Source of the DNA: Octopus sinensis
Taxonomy: Eukaryota
DNA: 64,000 nucleotides
Direction of reading: 5' to 3'
Assembly: GCF_006345805.1 (NCBI RefSeq)
Contig: NC_043010.1
Location: 55,428,001 to 55,492,000, forward strand
This document shows, one piece after another, positions 42,845 to 55,652 of this stretch; the first letter of the stretch is position 1; every line of letters starts with the position of its first letter. The notes below the pieces were generated by a model, which ran no database searches, was not told the origin of the DNA, and saw only the letters and a list, made by a program, of their open reading frames with translations. Made by a program: the position numbers and the translations under genes.

Positions 42845-43216
42845 TAAAAACATGCAATTTAGTTAAATTCGAGGGACTCATTTGTATAATTTTTTTTAAC
42901 CCAAATAACTAAGAGGATAATGTGACATCGATATTCTTCCCTGCGTTTGTGAAACTCTTGTACCTCTGCCGTAAGGCTTCATTTTCACAGGCGCCAACTT
43001 AATTCAATTCGTCCTTAGTCGAAAGACACCTGTTGTTATGTACTGTTATTATTTTTATTGTATTTATTATTGTATTTATATTTGTGTAAAATTGTCCGTG
43101 TTCTTTCAGTCCTTGTTTTTGTATACATTCGCTGCTTTCTTCCGAGGAATCTAATGACCTTAGCACTAGTTTTTCGTTGGGGCTGGTTAGATTGGAGCAA
43201 TCTTAAGAATAAACAG

Positions 43217-43372
43217 CCGAAATTGCGAGGATAATCTGGTGCTTGACTGAGGATAGAAAACTTCGAATAACCCGTCCTTGTTTTCCTTGTATCGTCTATC
43301 TGGATGTTTTGTTGTCCCTTTATGTATCACCTACTTCTACGGATGTTTTGCGTTCTTGTCCCATTTTGTATG
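43217..43372 (+). mobile_element. Short non-coding repeat ending in (TA)n, copy 2
   Basis: Aligns with 2091-2248. Confidence 0.7.
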
Positions 43373-43844
43373 TGTATATGTATATATATATATATATATA
43401 ACTCGATTATTACCATTACATTTCTACTCCCACGGGTTACTTTAAACATAGATAAGACGAAGAATTTCAATCAACTCATCTTGCCAGGCACTGACTGACT
43501 CAGTACATTTGAAGTACCGACCATTATTTAATAGCTATATGTTAAAATACGACTCTTTGTTCAAATGAAATGTAAAATACTAAATATTTAAGTAACAGTA
43601 TTACTTATAAGTCCCTGATAAGTTCAGGATTTTTCTTCAGAAAAACGTGATTTCAGGGTCAGTACTATTGCACATCGACTTAAACTGATGCTGTATATCT
43701 ATGTCTGAGGCTTACAAATGGCTTATGTGTGAAATTTATAGACAGGCTTTTGTAGACACATGCACTATGTCTGCTTCCGTGTGCATATTTATATATAATA
43801 AAGTATTGCGTTATTTGTGGTACATAAATGAGTGTGTATATTTA

Positions 43845-43892
<48 letters not shown>

Positions 43893-44101
43893 AAGTATGA
43901 TGAAATAGCTTTTCATGAATGTTAATGTACATACAGCTTAATATTTACTTACATATGTCATATGAGAATTTACATTCTAGCCGTTGAGATTAACAATGTT
44001 TTGAAAACCTGGCTGTAAGCTAACGGTTACCAATATATACGTGGTGGGGTGTGTGTCTCTGTGTGTGTACATGTATAGATATATATACATATATCTAGAT
44101 A

Positions 44102-44201
44102 NNNNNNNNNNNNNNNNNNNNNNNNNNNNNNNNNNNNNNNNNNNNNNNNNNNNNNNNNNNNNNNNNNNNNNNNNNNNNNNNNNNNNNNNNNNNNNNNNNN
44201 N
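44102..44201. other. Assembly gap (100 N)
   Basis: Run of N. Confidence 1.
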
Positions 44202-44841
44202 TCTATAAAATGGTCGCCTATTTTACTTCACTTCATAATAATTCCCGTAGTAATACATAATTCAATATATTCAAAATATGTCACAGTTTATATTTTTCGA
44301 AAATTTTGCTTTCCCTGAACGTGAATTTTAATAGTTATTACAGAGTCTAAAATTGAAAGTTAAATTCCGGGTTGGAATTTTAATGCGGTTACGAAATACA
44401 AGTATTAGTTTCCCTTTCGATAATTTTCTATGTATAATATCACCGAATGAAAATATATATATAAAAAGCTATCGCATCGTTTAACTAGAAAGCAATGCTA
44501 ACCAGACTGTGTCTAATATAAAAAATATATATTGATATATGATTATATGCGTGCGTGGGCTGATCAGAAGACATTGAGATGATAATATATAAACCGCAAA
44601 GTGGTCAATATATTGATGACAGTAAATATCTTAGGATATATAAAATTGCAACATTAATATTTGTGATGGATATGTAACAGAATAAAAGAACAAAGACTCG
44701 GGAAAAAACAAGAGATCAAACGGTAGTGAAACAAGACAGCCTCTGTTTACGTATTGAGTTTCTGTGGTGTAAGCGAGTGCGTGTATGAGGGTGTGTGAGT
44801 TAATATATATAGGTAAGAATCTGTGTCCATATATATATATA

Positions 44842-44879
<38 letters not shown>

Positions 44880-46021
44880 CATATATATATTATATATATA
44901 TATATAGACTCATATGATATGCATAAATATTATATATACTTGTACATTTAGGCAGGTATATGCGCATTATGCTATGTATATATACATATACATACGGTCA
45001 TCCATTTATATATACACATTATACATATGATATATATATATAATATATATATATATATATACCCAACACACCATATATATATACACACACACACACCACA
45101 TATATATATATATATATACGACATACGCGAGGAGGCACATAAGTAAAAAAACGAAGTGGAAACGTATACTCGAATACCGAAGGTAATATTACATACTTTT
45201 TTATTAAACACACACACACACACACACACTCACAGACACACACACACACACACGCACATATATATATATATAGATAGATCGATAGATAGATAGATACATA
45301 CATACATACATACATACATACATACATACATACATACATACATACATGCATGCATGCATGCATACATACATACATACATACATACATACATACATACATA
45401 CATACATACATACATACATACATGCATACATACATATAGACATACATACATATGTACATATATATATATAGTTATATATGGATGTATATATGTATATGTA
45501 TATATATATAAGATATCCATGTATATGTACTGATTTCTCCTTGACATACTGTTGTCGCTTGTTATTTTGAAGATAAACTACCGGAGGTTAGAGTGATTTG
45601 CGGGCTGTAACTGGCAAATGGGCCTTGCTATGTTTGACAGGGAATATACAACATAATGTGAACGTGCTTCAATCGATATATTAATAGACATATACCCCAA
45701 AATCCAAATAGTTATACACCTGCACACACAACCCAAAGACAAACTCACACACATATATATATTGTGTGTATATATATATGTATATATATATATATATATA
45801 TAAAAAGAGCAATAAGATTCAAGTTAATTTAAAAAAATTTACTTGAATATGTACCTAACTTAGATGCACCACCAAAAAAACTATACTGATTTAACAATTA
45901 CAGTAATGTGGGGTGATTATAAGCGAGAAAGAAGCAACAAGAGCACATTCTTGTGCTTCTTTCTCGCGTAATATATTAATATATATATAAATACGCGGAG
46001 AAAGCAGCAAAGAATGGATAG

Positions 46022-46117
46022 GTTTTTTAGTACGATCGTTTCATACAAGGACAGGTTTATTAAAAGTTGCAAAGATTACAGCATATAAACGAGTCCCGTA
46101 CTCATCAGCTAAAATAC
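46022..46117 (-). ncRNA. Type I hammerhead motif, left-arm copy
   Basis: Reverse complement of 46469-46564; core intact. Confidence 0.75.
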
Positions 46118-46468
46118 ATGTAAGTTCTCTAGACATCCTAGTGTTTGAGGCTATACTCATGAAGTAATGTAGATAATTAACACAGATTTCTAAAGTTCAT
46201 TAAGTTCTTTAAAGATGATGTATAGTCTTATCACAGAATTTTAATAACAATGGATAATTTGTCTTCTGTGAGTATATAATCCCTCATCATATCTATGGAA
46301 ATTCATATGGATTAGTCACCTTCTCTGTGAGCTTATCAAAACTTTTTTAAAATTTGTGTATAAGACTATACATCATCTTTAAAGAACTTTAATGACTTTA
46401 GAAATCTGTTATTATCTACATTACTCATGAGTATAGCCTCAAACACTAGGATTCTAGAGAACTTACAT

Positions 46469-46564
46469 GTATTTTAGCTGATGAGTACGGGACTCGTTAT
46501 ATGCTGTAATCTTTGCAACTTTTAATAAAACCTGTCCTTGTATGAAACGATCGTACTAAAAAAC
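46469..46564 (+). ncRNA. Type I hammerhead motif, right-arm copy
   Basis: guauuuuag-CUGAUGA-GUACGGGAC...GUCCUUGUAU-GAAA-CGAUC-GUA-cuaaaaaac; stem I 6+2 bp, stem II 9 bp with a bulge, ACGAUCGU palindrome. Confidence 0.8.
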
Positions 46565-47239
46565 CTATCCATTCTTGTTGCTCTTTCTCTCGCTTATAAT
46601 CACCCCACATTACTGTATTGTTAAATCAGTATAGTTTTTTTGGTGGCATCTAAGTTGGTACCATATTCAAGTAAATTTTTTAAATTAACTTGAATCTTTA
46701 TTGCTCTTTGTATATATATATATATATATATCTACACATAGATATGCAGTTACAAACAATATAAATGATAAATATTCAGGTTTCCGATCAAAACTTATAT
46801 GTACCTCGTGATTCAGCCCAGTACCGTGTAAGTGTCTTAGTATTTTGCAGTCAGATGTAAGTTTGTGGTCGATATAGGGACAAAAATGGCGTAACCTGGA
46901 TTTTAAAATTTCAGATACAGCGTAAGCGTAATAAATTTCTTCTATTGTTCAGAGGTTTACTCAAAACTCCGCTTTATCCTAAACTATTGAGAAAGTTGTT
47001 TTGTACACCTACCGCTGACTACTCGGAGCTAACTAACTTCATACACTTAGATTTCATGCAAGCAACGTTTTGAACCATGAAGAATTTATACCGGAATATT
47101 GCAGAATTTTAAAATCTTTTTATAAACATCTTTTTTGCAATTGTCTGATAATACAGACATAGACTTGCCCAAATGCATAACTAAATTAACATTGATATTT
47201 TCTTCACTGTTGTTACAATCATCTGAAATGGAATTGTAA

Positions 47240-47730
47240 AAGCGCGATATTAGAGCAATTTTGCTATTGAACTCTTTGCTTCTTTTCTCTTCTCAACTTC
47301 TAGCCGTTTGCGTTCCTTCTCTTGCCTTGCAACATGTGTCCTATCAGTAGCACTCATAGAACCTCACCTTCCTTTTCTCTCTGAGCGTTTAGAAATAAAC
47401 GATCTTCCTCGTTCGACATCAGTTTCATTGCATTAGCATAAGCAATATCAAATAAGTCATCCAAGTAATATTTAAATTTCGTTTCATTTCCAATTTGATT
47501 TTTTTGTTTGTTTTTGAAGTGAACTATATTATTCATTCTTTTTTCGATTCTCGGTAAGCCCTTGTTGTTTGTCTCTGATTGGTATCTTAGCGTTGTTCCA
47601 GATCTCATTTATTTCTGTATACACACTATCTCATGCTTCCATCACTGTTTTCTTATCATGTGTGAAATAGAAAAGGAGTCGTGATACATCTCCAATTGAT
47701 GGGAGATTTTTACTACTAATCTTTTCAATC
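47240..47730 (-). mobile_element. Decayed DNA-transposon transposase, N-terminal region (family uncertain, possibly Sola-type)
   Basis: LPSIGDVSRLLFY...EIWNNAKIPIR and YLDDLFDIAYANAMKLMSNEEDRLFLNAQREK in different frames, with stops. Confidence 0.55.
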
Positions 47731-47871
47731 GTTTATGCGATAAGCCACATCTGCTTTTTCAGGTCTTTTCATTAAGATAGAAATGTTTAATTAAAACACT
47801 GCGTCAGTGGGGGTGCTAACATATCTACACACGAGAAAATTTATAACAATTCTTATTAGGGAATACGACAT

Positions 47872-48173
47872 ACGTGACACCTTGGCATGTGTCTTCTACT
47901 ATAGCCACTGCCTACCAAAGCCTTGTAAGTGAATTTAGTAGATGGAAATTGAACGAAGCCCGTCGTATATATATATAGGGAGAGTTTCCGAAAAAAACAA
48001 AAGATGAAGACAGGTGGTGTACAAAACAAACAGATGTATTAGTATAACGCTCAGGAATAGAAAAAGTCTTTTACGTTTCGAGCCTACGCTCTTCTACAGA
48101 AAGGGACACAGAAAAAACAAGGAGAGAAAAAAAAGGAGAGAAAAAATGTGTGTAGTGGCTAACGATGTGTGTA

Positions 48174-48206
<33 letters not shown>

Positions 48207-48400
48207 CTTCCCCACCATGGCTTGACAACCGATTTAGTGTGTTTACGTCCCCGTCGCTTGACGGTTTTGCAAAAGAGCCCGATAGAGAAAGTAGTAGGCT
48301 TACAACCAATAAGTCCTAGGGTCGATTTGCTCGACTAAAGGTAGTGCTCCAGCATGGCCGCAGTCAAGTACCTGAATCAAGGAAAAGAATAAAAGAATAT
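47872..48400 (+). mobile_element. SINE family C long form, with a hammerhead element nested in its internal (TA)n
   Basis: Matches 8752-9243 on both sides of the 47979-48135 insert. Confidence 0.8.
48068..48103 (-). ncRNA. Hammerhead-like motif of the 26251 family, core variant CUGUAGA
   Basis: cuuu-CUGUAGA-A-GAGC(GUAG)GCUC-GAAA-C-GUA-aaag. Confidence 0.5.
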
Positions 48401-48513
48401 GTGTGTGTGTGTGAGTGTGTGTGTGTGTGTGTGTGTGGTGTGTGTGTGTGTGTGTGTATAGTGAGAATATAAAAAAACAAAAGACGAAGACGTGCGTATA
48501 AACGACAAAAAGT

Positions 48514-48549
48514 CTTTTATGTTTCGAGCCTACGCTCTTCAGCAGAAAG
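48514..48549 (-). ncRNA. Hammerhead-like motif of the 26251 family, core variant CUGCUGA
   Basis: cuuu-CUGCUGA-A-GAGC(GUAG)GCUC-GAAA-C-AUA-aaag; host element internally deleted. Confidence 0.45.
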
Positions 48550-48818
48550 GAACACAGAAATAAACAGGATGAGAAAATAGAAATATATACATATATATAT
48601 ATATATATATAATCAGAGCTTTTGTCTCCAAGCAAACTTTCAGACAAATATACAGCACGTCTTTCTTTTCCAGTATGATCAGCCATATTTTGTGTTTGAA
48701 CCTTAAGGATTGCTTAGCGACACAAGGAATGATTGAAAAAAATCCATTTATTTACCTTTGTTTCCACAGAGGGAAACTGTTAGTAGACCATATTTAAATA
48801 CCATGATTTAAATAAATG

Positions 48819-48857
<39 letters not shown>

Positions 48858-49681
48858 ATGTATATGTACGTATGCAATTATATATGAAGATGCATACACA
48901 TACACATATATATGCATAAGTATTTACATATATTTATTTGCTTTTTATACATTTATATACACACATTTAGTAGCACACCAACACGTAACCGCTTGTACAT
49001 ACATTCCCATTGAATTTGCACGTGTTCATAAGAAGTGTACACTTAACTTTGTGTATATTTATATATTGTCTTGCAATTTTTGCTGAGATTTCACTTTAGA
49101 GCTCTAAATGAACGCAATTTTGCTGATTTTTATCGAGCTCTGTATGTTATTGAAAACAAGTAGATGGCTATCTCGCTAGAGTAATTGAACTTTTAACCGA
49201 TACCACGTCCTCACCTGCTCCGTTAATGATCCGTTACTTATTATTTTTGCACTAAACAGTAGAATCGTACGTTTTCTACTCGCCGTTCCTAACGTCTGAA
49301 AGAGAAGTACAATATCTTCCTGCTTACAACTTTATAATATCAGCTTTTTATAAATATATATATATGTACACATCCAGAATCTCATTCTATCTCTTCCTTG
49401 TGGTATGTGTGTATATATATATATATATATTATATATATATATACATACAGACATATGTATGCATATATACAAAGAAGGATACATATATAGATAGATACA
49501 TACATACATAGACAGACAGAAAATAGATAGAAAGAGGGATAAATAGAGAGATTGAGTGATAGATGTAGATATATACACACATATATACATACATGTTTAT
49601 GTGCACATATCTCGCTCTCAATTAATAAATGCGAGGACTCGCGCTTACACACACGCACACACACATTTGTGTGTGTGTGTG

Positions 49682-49769
49682 TGTATAAGGAGAATAAGAC
49701 AAGGTAGAAAATTTCCTTCATGATAAAATTATTTTAGCATTTTCTACCTTGTCTTATTTTCCTTATACA
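49682..49769. repeat. 31-bp-arm hairpin (1 mismatch, 26-nt loop) between dinucleotide-rich flanks
   Basis: tgtataaggagaataagacaaggtagaaaat / attttctaccttgtcttattttccttataca. Confidence 0.9.
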
Positions 49770-49799
49770 TATCAACTCGTGTGTTCCTTTTCAACCTTC

Positions 49800-49877
49800 T
49801 ACACACACACACATATATATGTATGTGTGTATCCACACACACACATATATATATGTATGTGTGTATCCACACACATA

Positions 49878-49940
<63 letters not shown>

Positions 49941-49973
49941 ATATATATATATATATAGATATATATATATGTA

Positions 49974-50025
<52 letters not shown>

Positions 50026-50131
50026 TATATATAGATATATATATATATATACATATGTGCATATGTCCATATACATATATACATATAGATATATGTATAT
50101 GCATATATATATTATATATATATATATATAT

Positions 50132-50162
<31 letters not shown>

Positions 50163-50167
50163 GCATT

Positions 50168-50233
<66 letters not shown>

Positions 50234-50240
50234 GTACATA
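49800..50240. repeat. Degenerate (TA)/(CA)n field
   Basis: Seen directly. Confidence 0.9.
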
Positions 50241-50829
50241 TACGCACACACCTATATATGTGTATGCATATACATATCCTAATATTATGTGAGCGTTTCT
50301 CTGTGCCACTATGTGTGGGTGTGTGTTTGTCTGTTTGCCGGTGTGCATAACACCAAATAGATGAAGAAGCTGGCACTGTTGACATTTCCATCAGCAACAA
50401 CGTTCTTATCCTCCTTCGTAGCTGAACCAAACTTCTTTTCCCTTTTGCTTTTTTCTTTTTTTATATTTATGGAGAGAAATAGAAAGAGAGGCGATAGAGA
50501 GTGGGGACGGAAGAGAGAGTTATTTCCATATTTATTTTTATATTCTTTTGAATTTTTTTCACACATATATATATTCATATATTTTTCAATATATATCAAT
50601 TTACATTTATTGCTTCCACTTTCGTCTCACAGGCTTGTTTTATGCTTCCCACCTTTTTAAGAATCTTATGAATACATAAATACCTGTTAAACAGTCAATG
50701 AACACTTTGGCATTCTTTCAATTCTTTACGGTTTTTCGCTCTCTGACTGGCTGGCTGGCTGGTTGACTGGGCTGATGGTTGGTTGGTTGATTGGTCGGCT
50801 GGTTACTTAGTTCGTAGGTTTGTTAGAAA

Positions 50830-51180
50830 TTTCGGTTTTTACTTTATTCCATCTAGTATTACTTCATCAACTCCCTCGGTAGGTACTGCTCTCCTCTACT
50901 GGTCACATGTACTCATCTTAGTAATTTGGTTTCTTTTGCATTTATTTCAAAGTACATTTGCTGTTATAGTCTTCAGGCTCTTTTGTAATAATTTTCGTTG
51001 CTGTTTTAGTTGTTGTGGCGCTTTTTGGTATTTTCCAATAGCTGACAGTTTCTCAATATACTTCGACACTATGCCTAATTTTAAGTGATTTACTTTTAAA
51101 GTGGTCTCTATTTTGTTTTTCTTTTTATTGTGAGTGAGAAGAGCTTTGATGGCTAGCATTTGATTCTCGCTAAAGTCATC
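50830..51180 (-). mobile_element. Decayed RTE-like RT fragment
   Basis: FEINAKETKLL resembles the GLxINxxKTK motif; weak. Confidence 0.3.
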
Positions 51181-51254
51181 GAAAATTATATTATCATCAT
51201 CATTATCATCATCATCATTATTATCATTATTATTATTATTATTATCAACATCAC

Positions 51255-51287
<33 letters not shown>

Positions 51288-51346
51288 TATTAATAATAAT
51301 AATAACAATAATAATAATAATAATAATATAATAATAATAATAATAA

Positions 51347-51838
51347 GCCAATAAACCGGATATTGTTGTGAAAGACCAAAACAATAAAGTTTGCTTATTG
51401 ATCGACATGAGCATCCTCTGTGATCATAATATCTCGGCGAAAGAGTTTGACAAGCCCAGAAAATATAAAGACCTGCTCATTGAAATTGAGAAAATGTGGC
51501 ATCTCAAGGCGGTTTCAATACCAGTGATCGTAGGAGCACTAGGAATGATCAAGAAGGGAACCGAAATTTATATGAGAATGATCCCTTGCTTACCATCCAT
51601 GCAAGAAGTGAAAAAGATTGTCTTAACTGGTACATCACACGTATTGAGAAGAGCATTGTCGATGTGAGAACTATTACTACCCATGTATTTTAATTTAACT
51701 TTAATTTTTTTTTTTAAATGAACGAACTAGTGAGTTTGATTTAATGGCCTACCAATGTATACTATGAGTTTCTTTGCCCTAGGAGTCAGGAAGACACTCG
51801 GCAAGAAATGGAAGCAAATTTGAAAGAAGAGGAAATTT
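51347..51838 (+). mobile_element. 5'-truncated R4/Dong-like RLE element with 3' UTR, between (AAT)n tracts
   Basis: NKPDIVVKDQNNKVCLLIDMSI...KYKDLLIEIEKMWHLKAVSIPVIVGALG...VLRRALSM*. Confidence 0.85.
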
Positions 51839-51858
51839 ATAATAATAATAATAATAAT

Positions 51859-52484
51859 GACAGGGTTTATCGTAGAAGCCCACGATCAATGCTTATCTGC
51901 AAGAAACTACCGGGCCAACATATTAAAGAACGGCAGCTTCCCAGCATGTCGTGTACGTCATCAACAAAATGCAACCATTGATCATGCTTTCTCCATGTGC
52001 AGTCTTCTTGCGCCTATAGAGTATCTGAACAGGTATGATAGAACTGCACAATATATTCACTGGATAATTTGCAAATACCTGGACCTGCCCCATGATAAAA
52101 TCTTGTGGGAACACAAACCACCTCCAGTGCTTAAAAATGGTCACATCTCACTCATCTGGGACTTTACCATTCAAACTCACTGAATGATACATGCTAATAG
52201 GCCAGACATTATATTGAGAGAGTTCAGACATACCTCCTCATTGATACGACTGTCCCAATCGATATCAATGTATCTCTCAAGACCTACCAAAAACTGAGCA
52301 AGTATTAAGGATCTTGAAATAGAAATTGGCAAAATTTGGACCCTCAAGACTAAAATAATACATGTTGTCATAGGTGCTTTGGGAATGATAGCAAAAATGA
52401 CTGATTCCTACTTAGCTCAGATACCAGGAAATCTCAAAATGGCATAAATTCAAAAGGTAGTGCTTATGGGAACTGCCCATATCT
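51859..52484 (+). mobile_element. Second R4/Dong-like element (CCHC knuckle + RLE), truncated at both ends
   Basis: GFIVEAHDQCLSARNYRANILKNGSFPACRVRHQQNATIDHAFSMC...WEHKP...IWDFTIQT, then NRPDI and VVIGALGMI in other frames; starts right after (AAT)n. Confidence 0.85.
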
Positions 52485-52858
52485 TTGTACCTTTAGTAGA
52501 CAGAATTCTAATTACTATTCGAAAAGAATAAGAATACCACAACTAATCGCTCGTTCAGAAGTTGCGTGAGAGAATAGGGAACACACGTTAGATAAAGTCG
52601 TACAAGAGGCATTATCTTTACAATATTAGATAGAGCCGACAGAGCTGGAGCACATTCTGTTAAAGTTCTGCTTCAGGTAACTCAGACTAGCCTTTTTTTT
52701 ATACAAGAAACTGAATTCTTAGCGGTTTAAAGTTAATGTAGAAAAAAATTGGCTGACTCAGGTTAAGGTCATTATGTAAAGATTCCCTTGTTTATTAAAG
52801 TCTTACAAATTCAAAATAATGAATTGCAATGTATTATATAAGCTATTTACTTTAGAGG

Positions 52859-53095
52859 TGGAGGCGATGCATGTGTTTATGAGCGAAACACCTAAACTCC
52901 ATGCGGCTCCGGCAGAAGGTAATGGCGAATTTCTGCTGACTCTTTCGCCACAAATTTTTCTCGCTCTTTCCTCCTGCATCTTGCAGCTCACCTGCAACAG
53001 ACCGGCGTCCTGTCCAGGTGGGGAATCCCATACGCCAAGGAAACCGGAAAACCGGCCCTTATGAGCCAGGCATGGCTCGAGAAGCAACAAACAAT
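52859..53095 (+). mobile_element. SINE family B with deleted tRNA head and a type-2 tail variant
   Basis: tggaggcg joined to gtgtttatgagcgaaacacctaaa...; tail gaccggcgtcctgtccaggtggg...ggaaaccggaaaaccggcccttatgagcc. Confidence 0.65.
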
Positions 53096-53166
53096 TTGCT
53101 TTAGAGAGTTCTACATTTAAATATTCTTATAACATTTTTTCGTTATTTATGTTATCAGATTAATAA

Positions 53167-53362
53167 CGGTTTCACATTTTGGCACAAGGCCAGCAATTTC
53201 GGAGAGGATTAAGTCGATTACAGCGACCCCCTGTGGTTAACTGATAGTTATTTTATCGGCTCTGAACGGATAAAAGGCAAAATCGACCTCAGCAGCATTT
53301 GAACTTAAGACGTAAAGACGGACAAAATGGCCCGAAAGATTTTGCCCGGCGCAGTAAAGATT
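53167..53362 (-). mobile_element. SINE family A
   Basis: ggtttcacattttggcacaaggccagc...ggataaaaggcaaaatcgacctc. Confidence 0.75.
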
Positions 53363-54529
53363 TTGCCAGCATGCTGCCTTCATACCAGATTAATAATCAC
53401 CAAATAATTTTCAAAATTGCTTGTAACAAATTCAATGTGTCTCAACATGAGTTTAGTAACGAACGTGTTTAACTATCCACGCATATTTATACAAACGAAA
53501 AAGATAAACTACCTGTTACTGGCGAATTAAATATAAAAACAACAAAATAAATAAGTTGTTACTTATCGATTTTTTCAAATGTCATATACTACTGTAATTC
53601 CCAACTTGCCATTTAGTTTTCAGACACCATTAATTATCACTAAATTATTCAATAAAAAAAGACAATATAATACTTTATATAATAAAATGCATACTAACAT
53701 ATGCTACCAAATCTAGTCTGAGATATCATTCTTTTAAATGGAAATGGATGTAATTTAAGGGAAAGTCTGTTAGTATACTGCTAGATGGAAAGTTTGTATG
53801 AAATAATCTTTGAATTGTTGCATATTTGTTTATATATTTTATTGTTTCATTTTATCAGTCTATGTGGTGTATTGCTTGTTCTGGTCGTGAGATTAATGTT
53901 TGACGGTGCATTCCAAGGATACATATAATATTAAATAAATTCAGAAATACTACGGTCAAAAAGTATGAAACAATATAAGTAGATTTGAAATTTTTTGACA
54001 GAAAAATCCCAAAACAAAAGAGAGAAATTTATTAATAAACATACGTGTCTATATATATATATGTATATATATCGTAAATACATGATGGAATATATGAGAA
54101 CTTCTTTTAATCACAAGTGTTTCGACACTTCTAGCATCAATCCCTTTCGGGTGGGACACTTCACAACTGGCTCAGGAGCACACGGCTTTAATTTCCCCAT
54201 TCTTATAGACACCAAGCAATTATTTAACCCGCTTTGTGATCATGTGTGCACCAAACCTCACGTGCGCGTATGATTACATTTTCGTGCATGCTTGTATGAG
54301 CGAATGTACACGTGCAATACAGCTTATGCGAGGGCGCTTATACATCCATATCTGTTAACGGTCATTTTAAATAATTTTCTCGCTGTACTCCATGTTAGTT
54401 TCTTTTTTGCATCTGTGATTTTATTTTGGATCTTCTATATAAATGAACATATTTTCATCGTTTTCCTGCTTTTCTTTCTACGAAATGGGAAGATACATAA
54501 CGGAACTTTTATTTTAACTAGTTGTGATT

Positions 54530-54637
54530 ATCACTCGATGAGATACATCTGCATCACCGGATGCTCCTGAACCAGTTGTAAAGTATTCCATCCTTGCCGA
54601 TGCTATTTGCTAGATGTGTCGAAACAATTGTCGTGAT
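54530..54637 (+). ncRNA. Type I hammerhead-like motif with long stem II and core variant UCGAUGA
   Basis: aucac-UCGAUGA-GAUACAUCUG...UAGAUGUGUC-GAAA-CAAUU-GUC-gugau; 5-bp stem I, 10-bp stem II, ACAAUUGU palindrome. Confidence 0.6.
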
Positions 54638-55652
54638 TAATAAAAATTCTCGCATATTCCAACTTCCGTCTTTCATTTACCATATACATAACAAACACTA
54701 TGAAAGTGACCGTGCTTTACCAGTTAGCTACCAGGGGTAAATCATTCGTTTTATTATTTAATATACACAGACACGCACACACACACATACACGCATACAC
54801 ACACACACACATATATAGTGAAAGGAAATAGAGTAATGTTAAAGTGGTCCCTTATATTGAAACGATAAAGGGAACTATTATATCGGTGGATTATGTAAAA
54901 GAAAAAATGTCTAAATATTTTTTATATTGTACACTGGGGCCTTACTACTTTCATTGAAAGTTGACTTTAATTTATTTAATTAATTAATGATTAATTAATT
55001 CAATGATGTGGGTGATTTACAGAAAGTTGTCTCCATTTCTGGCGTGGATCACATGTTGATATTTCTCATCACTAACTTCATTATTGGTAGAATTAATGAA
55101 CAGTCGATAGAATTTGAGCACAACTTGTTTTGGCTCTTTACAGTCGCCGATGTAATAAAAAAAAAGTTCATTTTGACAGAGGTCAATGAAATAAATTTAC
55201 TGAGGCCGATTTAATTACTTAGTTCCTACAATCAAGTTTCTGGCGCCAAATTAAAAAGTAATTATATAGAAGAAAATGTTTTGACGATCAGTAGACAAAT
55301 AAAAATGCCTTGAATTAAAATCTCATCAAAATAAATTTTTTCCCGTATACCTCTGGGGTTGTTTAAATGATTCTCCAGTCAATCGCTGAGTCAATATAAT
55401 CGATTATATTTAAAACCCATGTGTATGCATCTTAGAATTTCAGTTACATTACACCTACGTACGGTATATATATATATATATATAATACTATTTTACTGAA
55501 CCTTCAGTTTTTTTATGCTAGACCACTGGTGTGAAATCGATGTTAATTAAATTAGTATCTAATTTCTTACCCTCATTTTAAATTTAAAATTATATATATA
55601 TATATATATATTTAAAAAAGGAGATGTGGAAAACGAGTTGTGATATATAAAA

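Larger units (their letters stand above)
45804..46709. repeat. ~900-bp fold-back palindrome (arms ~45804-46244 and ~46347-46709) flanked by (TA)n
   Basis: Arms are reverse complements over ~360 bp, differing mostly by 1-nt indels plus a ~70-bp insert in the left arm. Confidence 0.95.

Noticed and set aside
49215-49295. Minus-strand 81-nt exon candidate (TLGTASRKRTILLFSAKIISNGSLTEQ) with good splice sites
   Set aside because: Isolated, with no partner exons found on that strand; about one such hit is expected by chance
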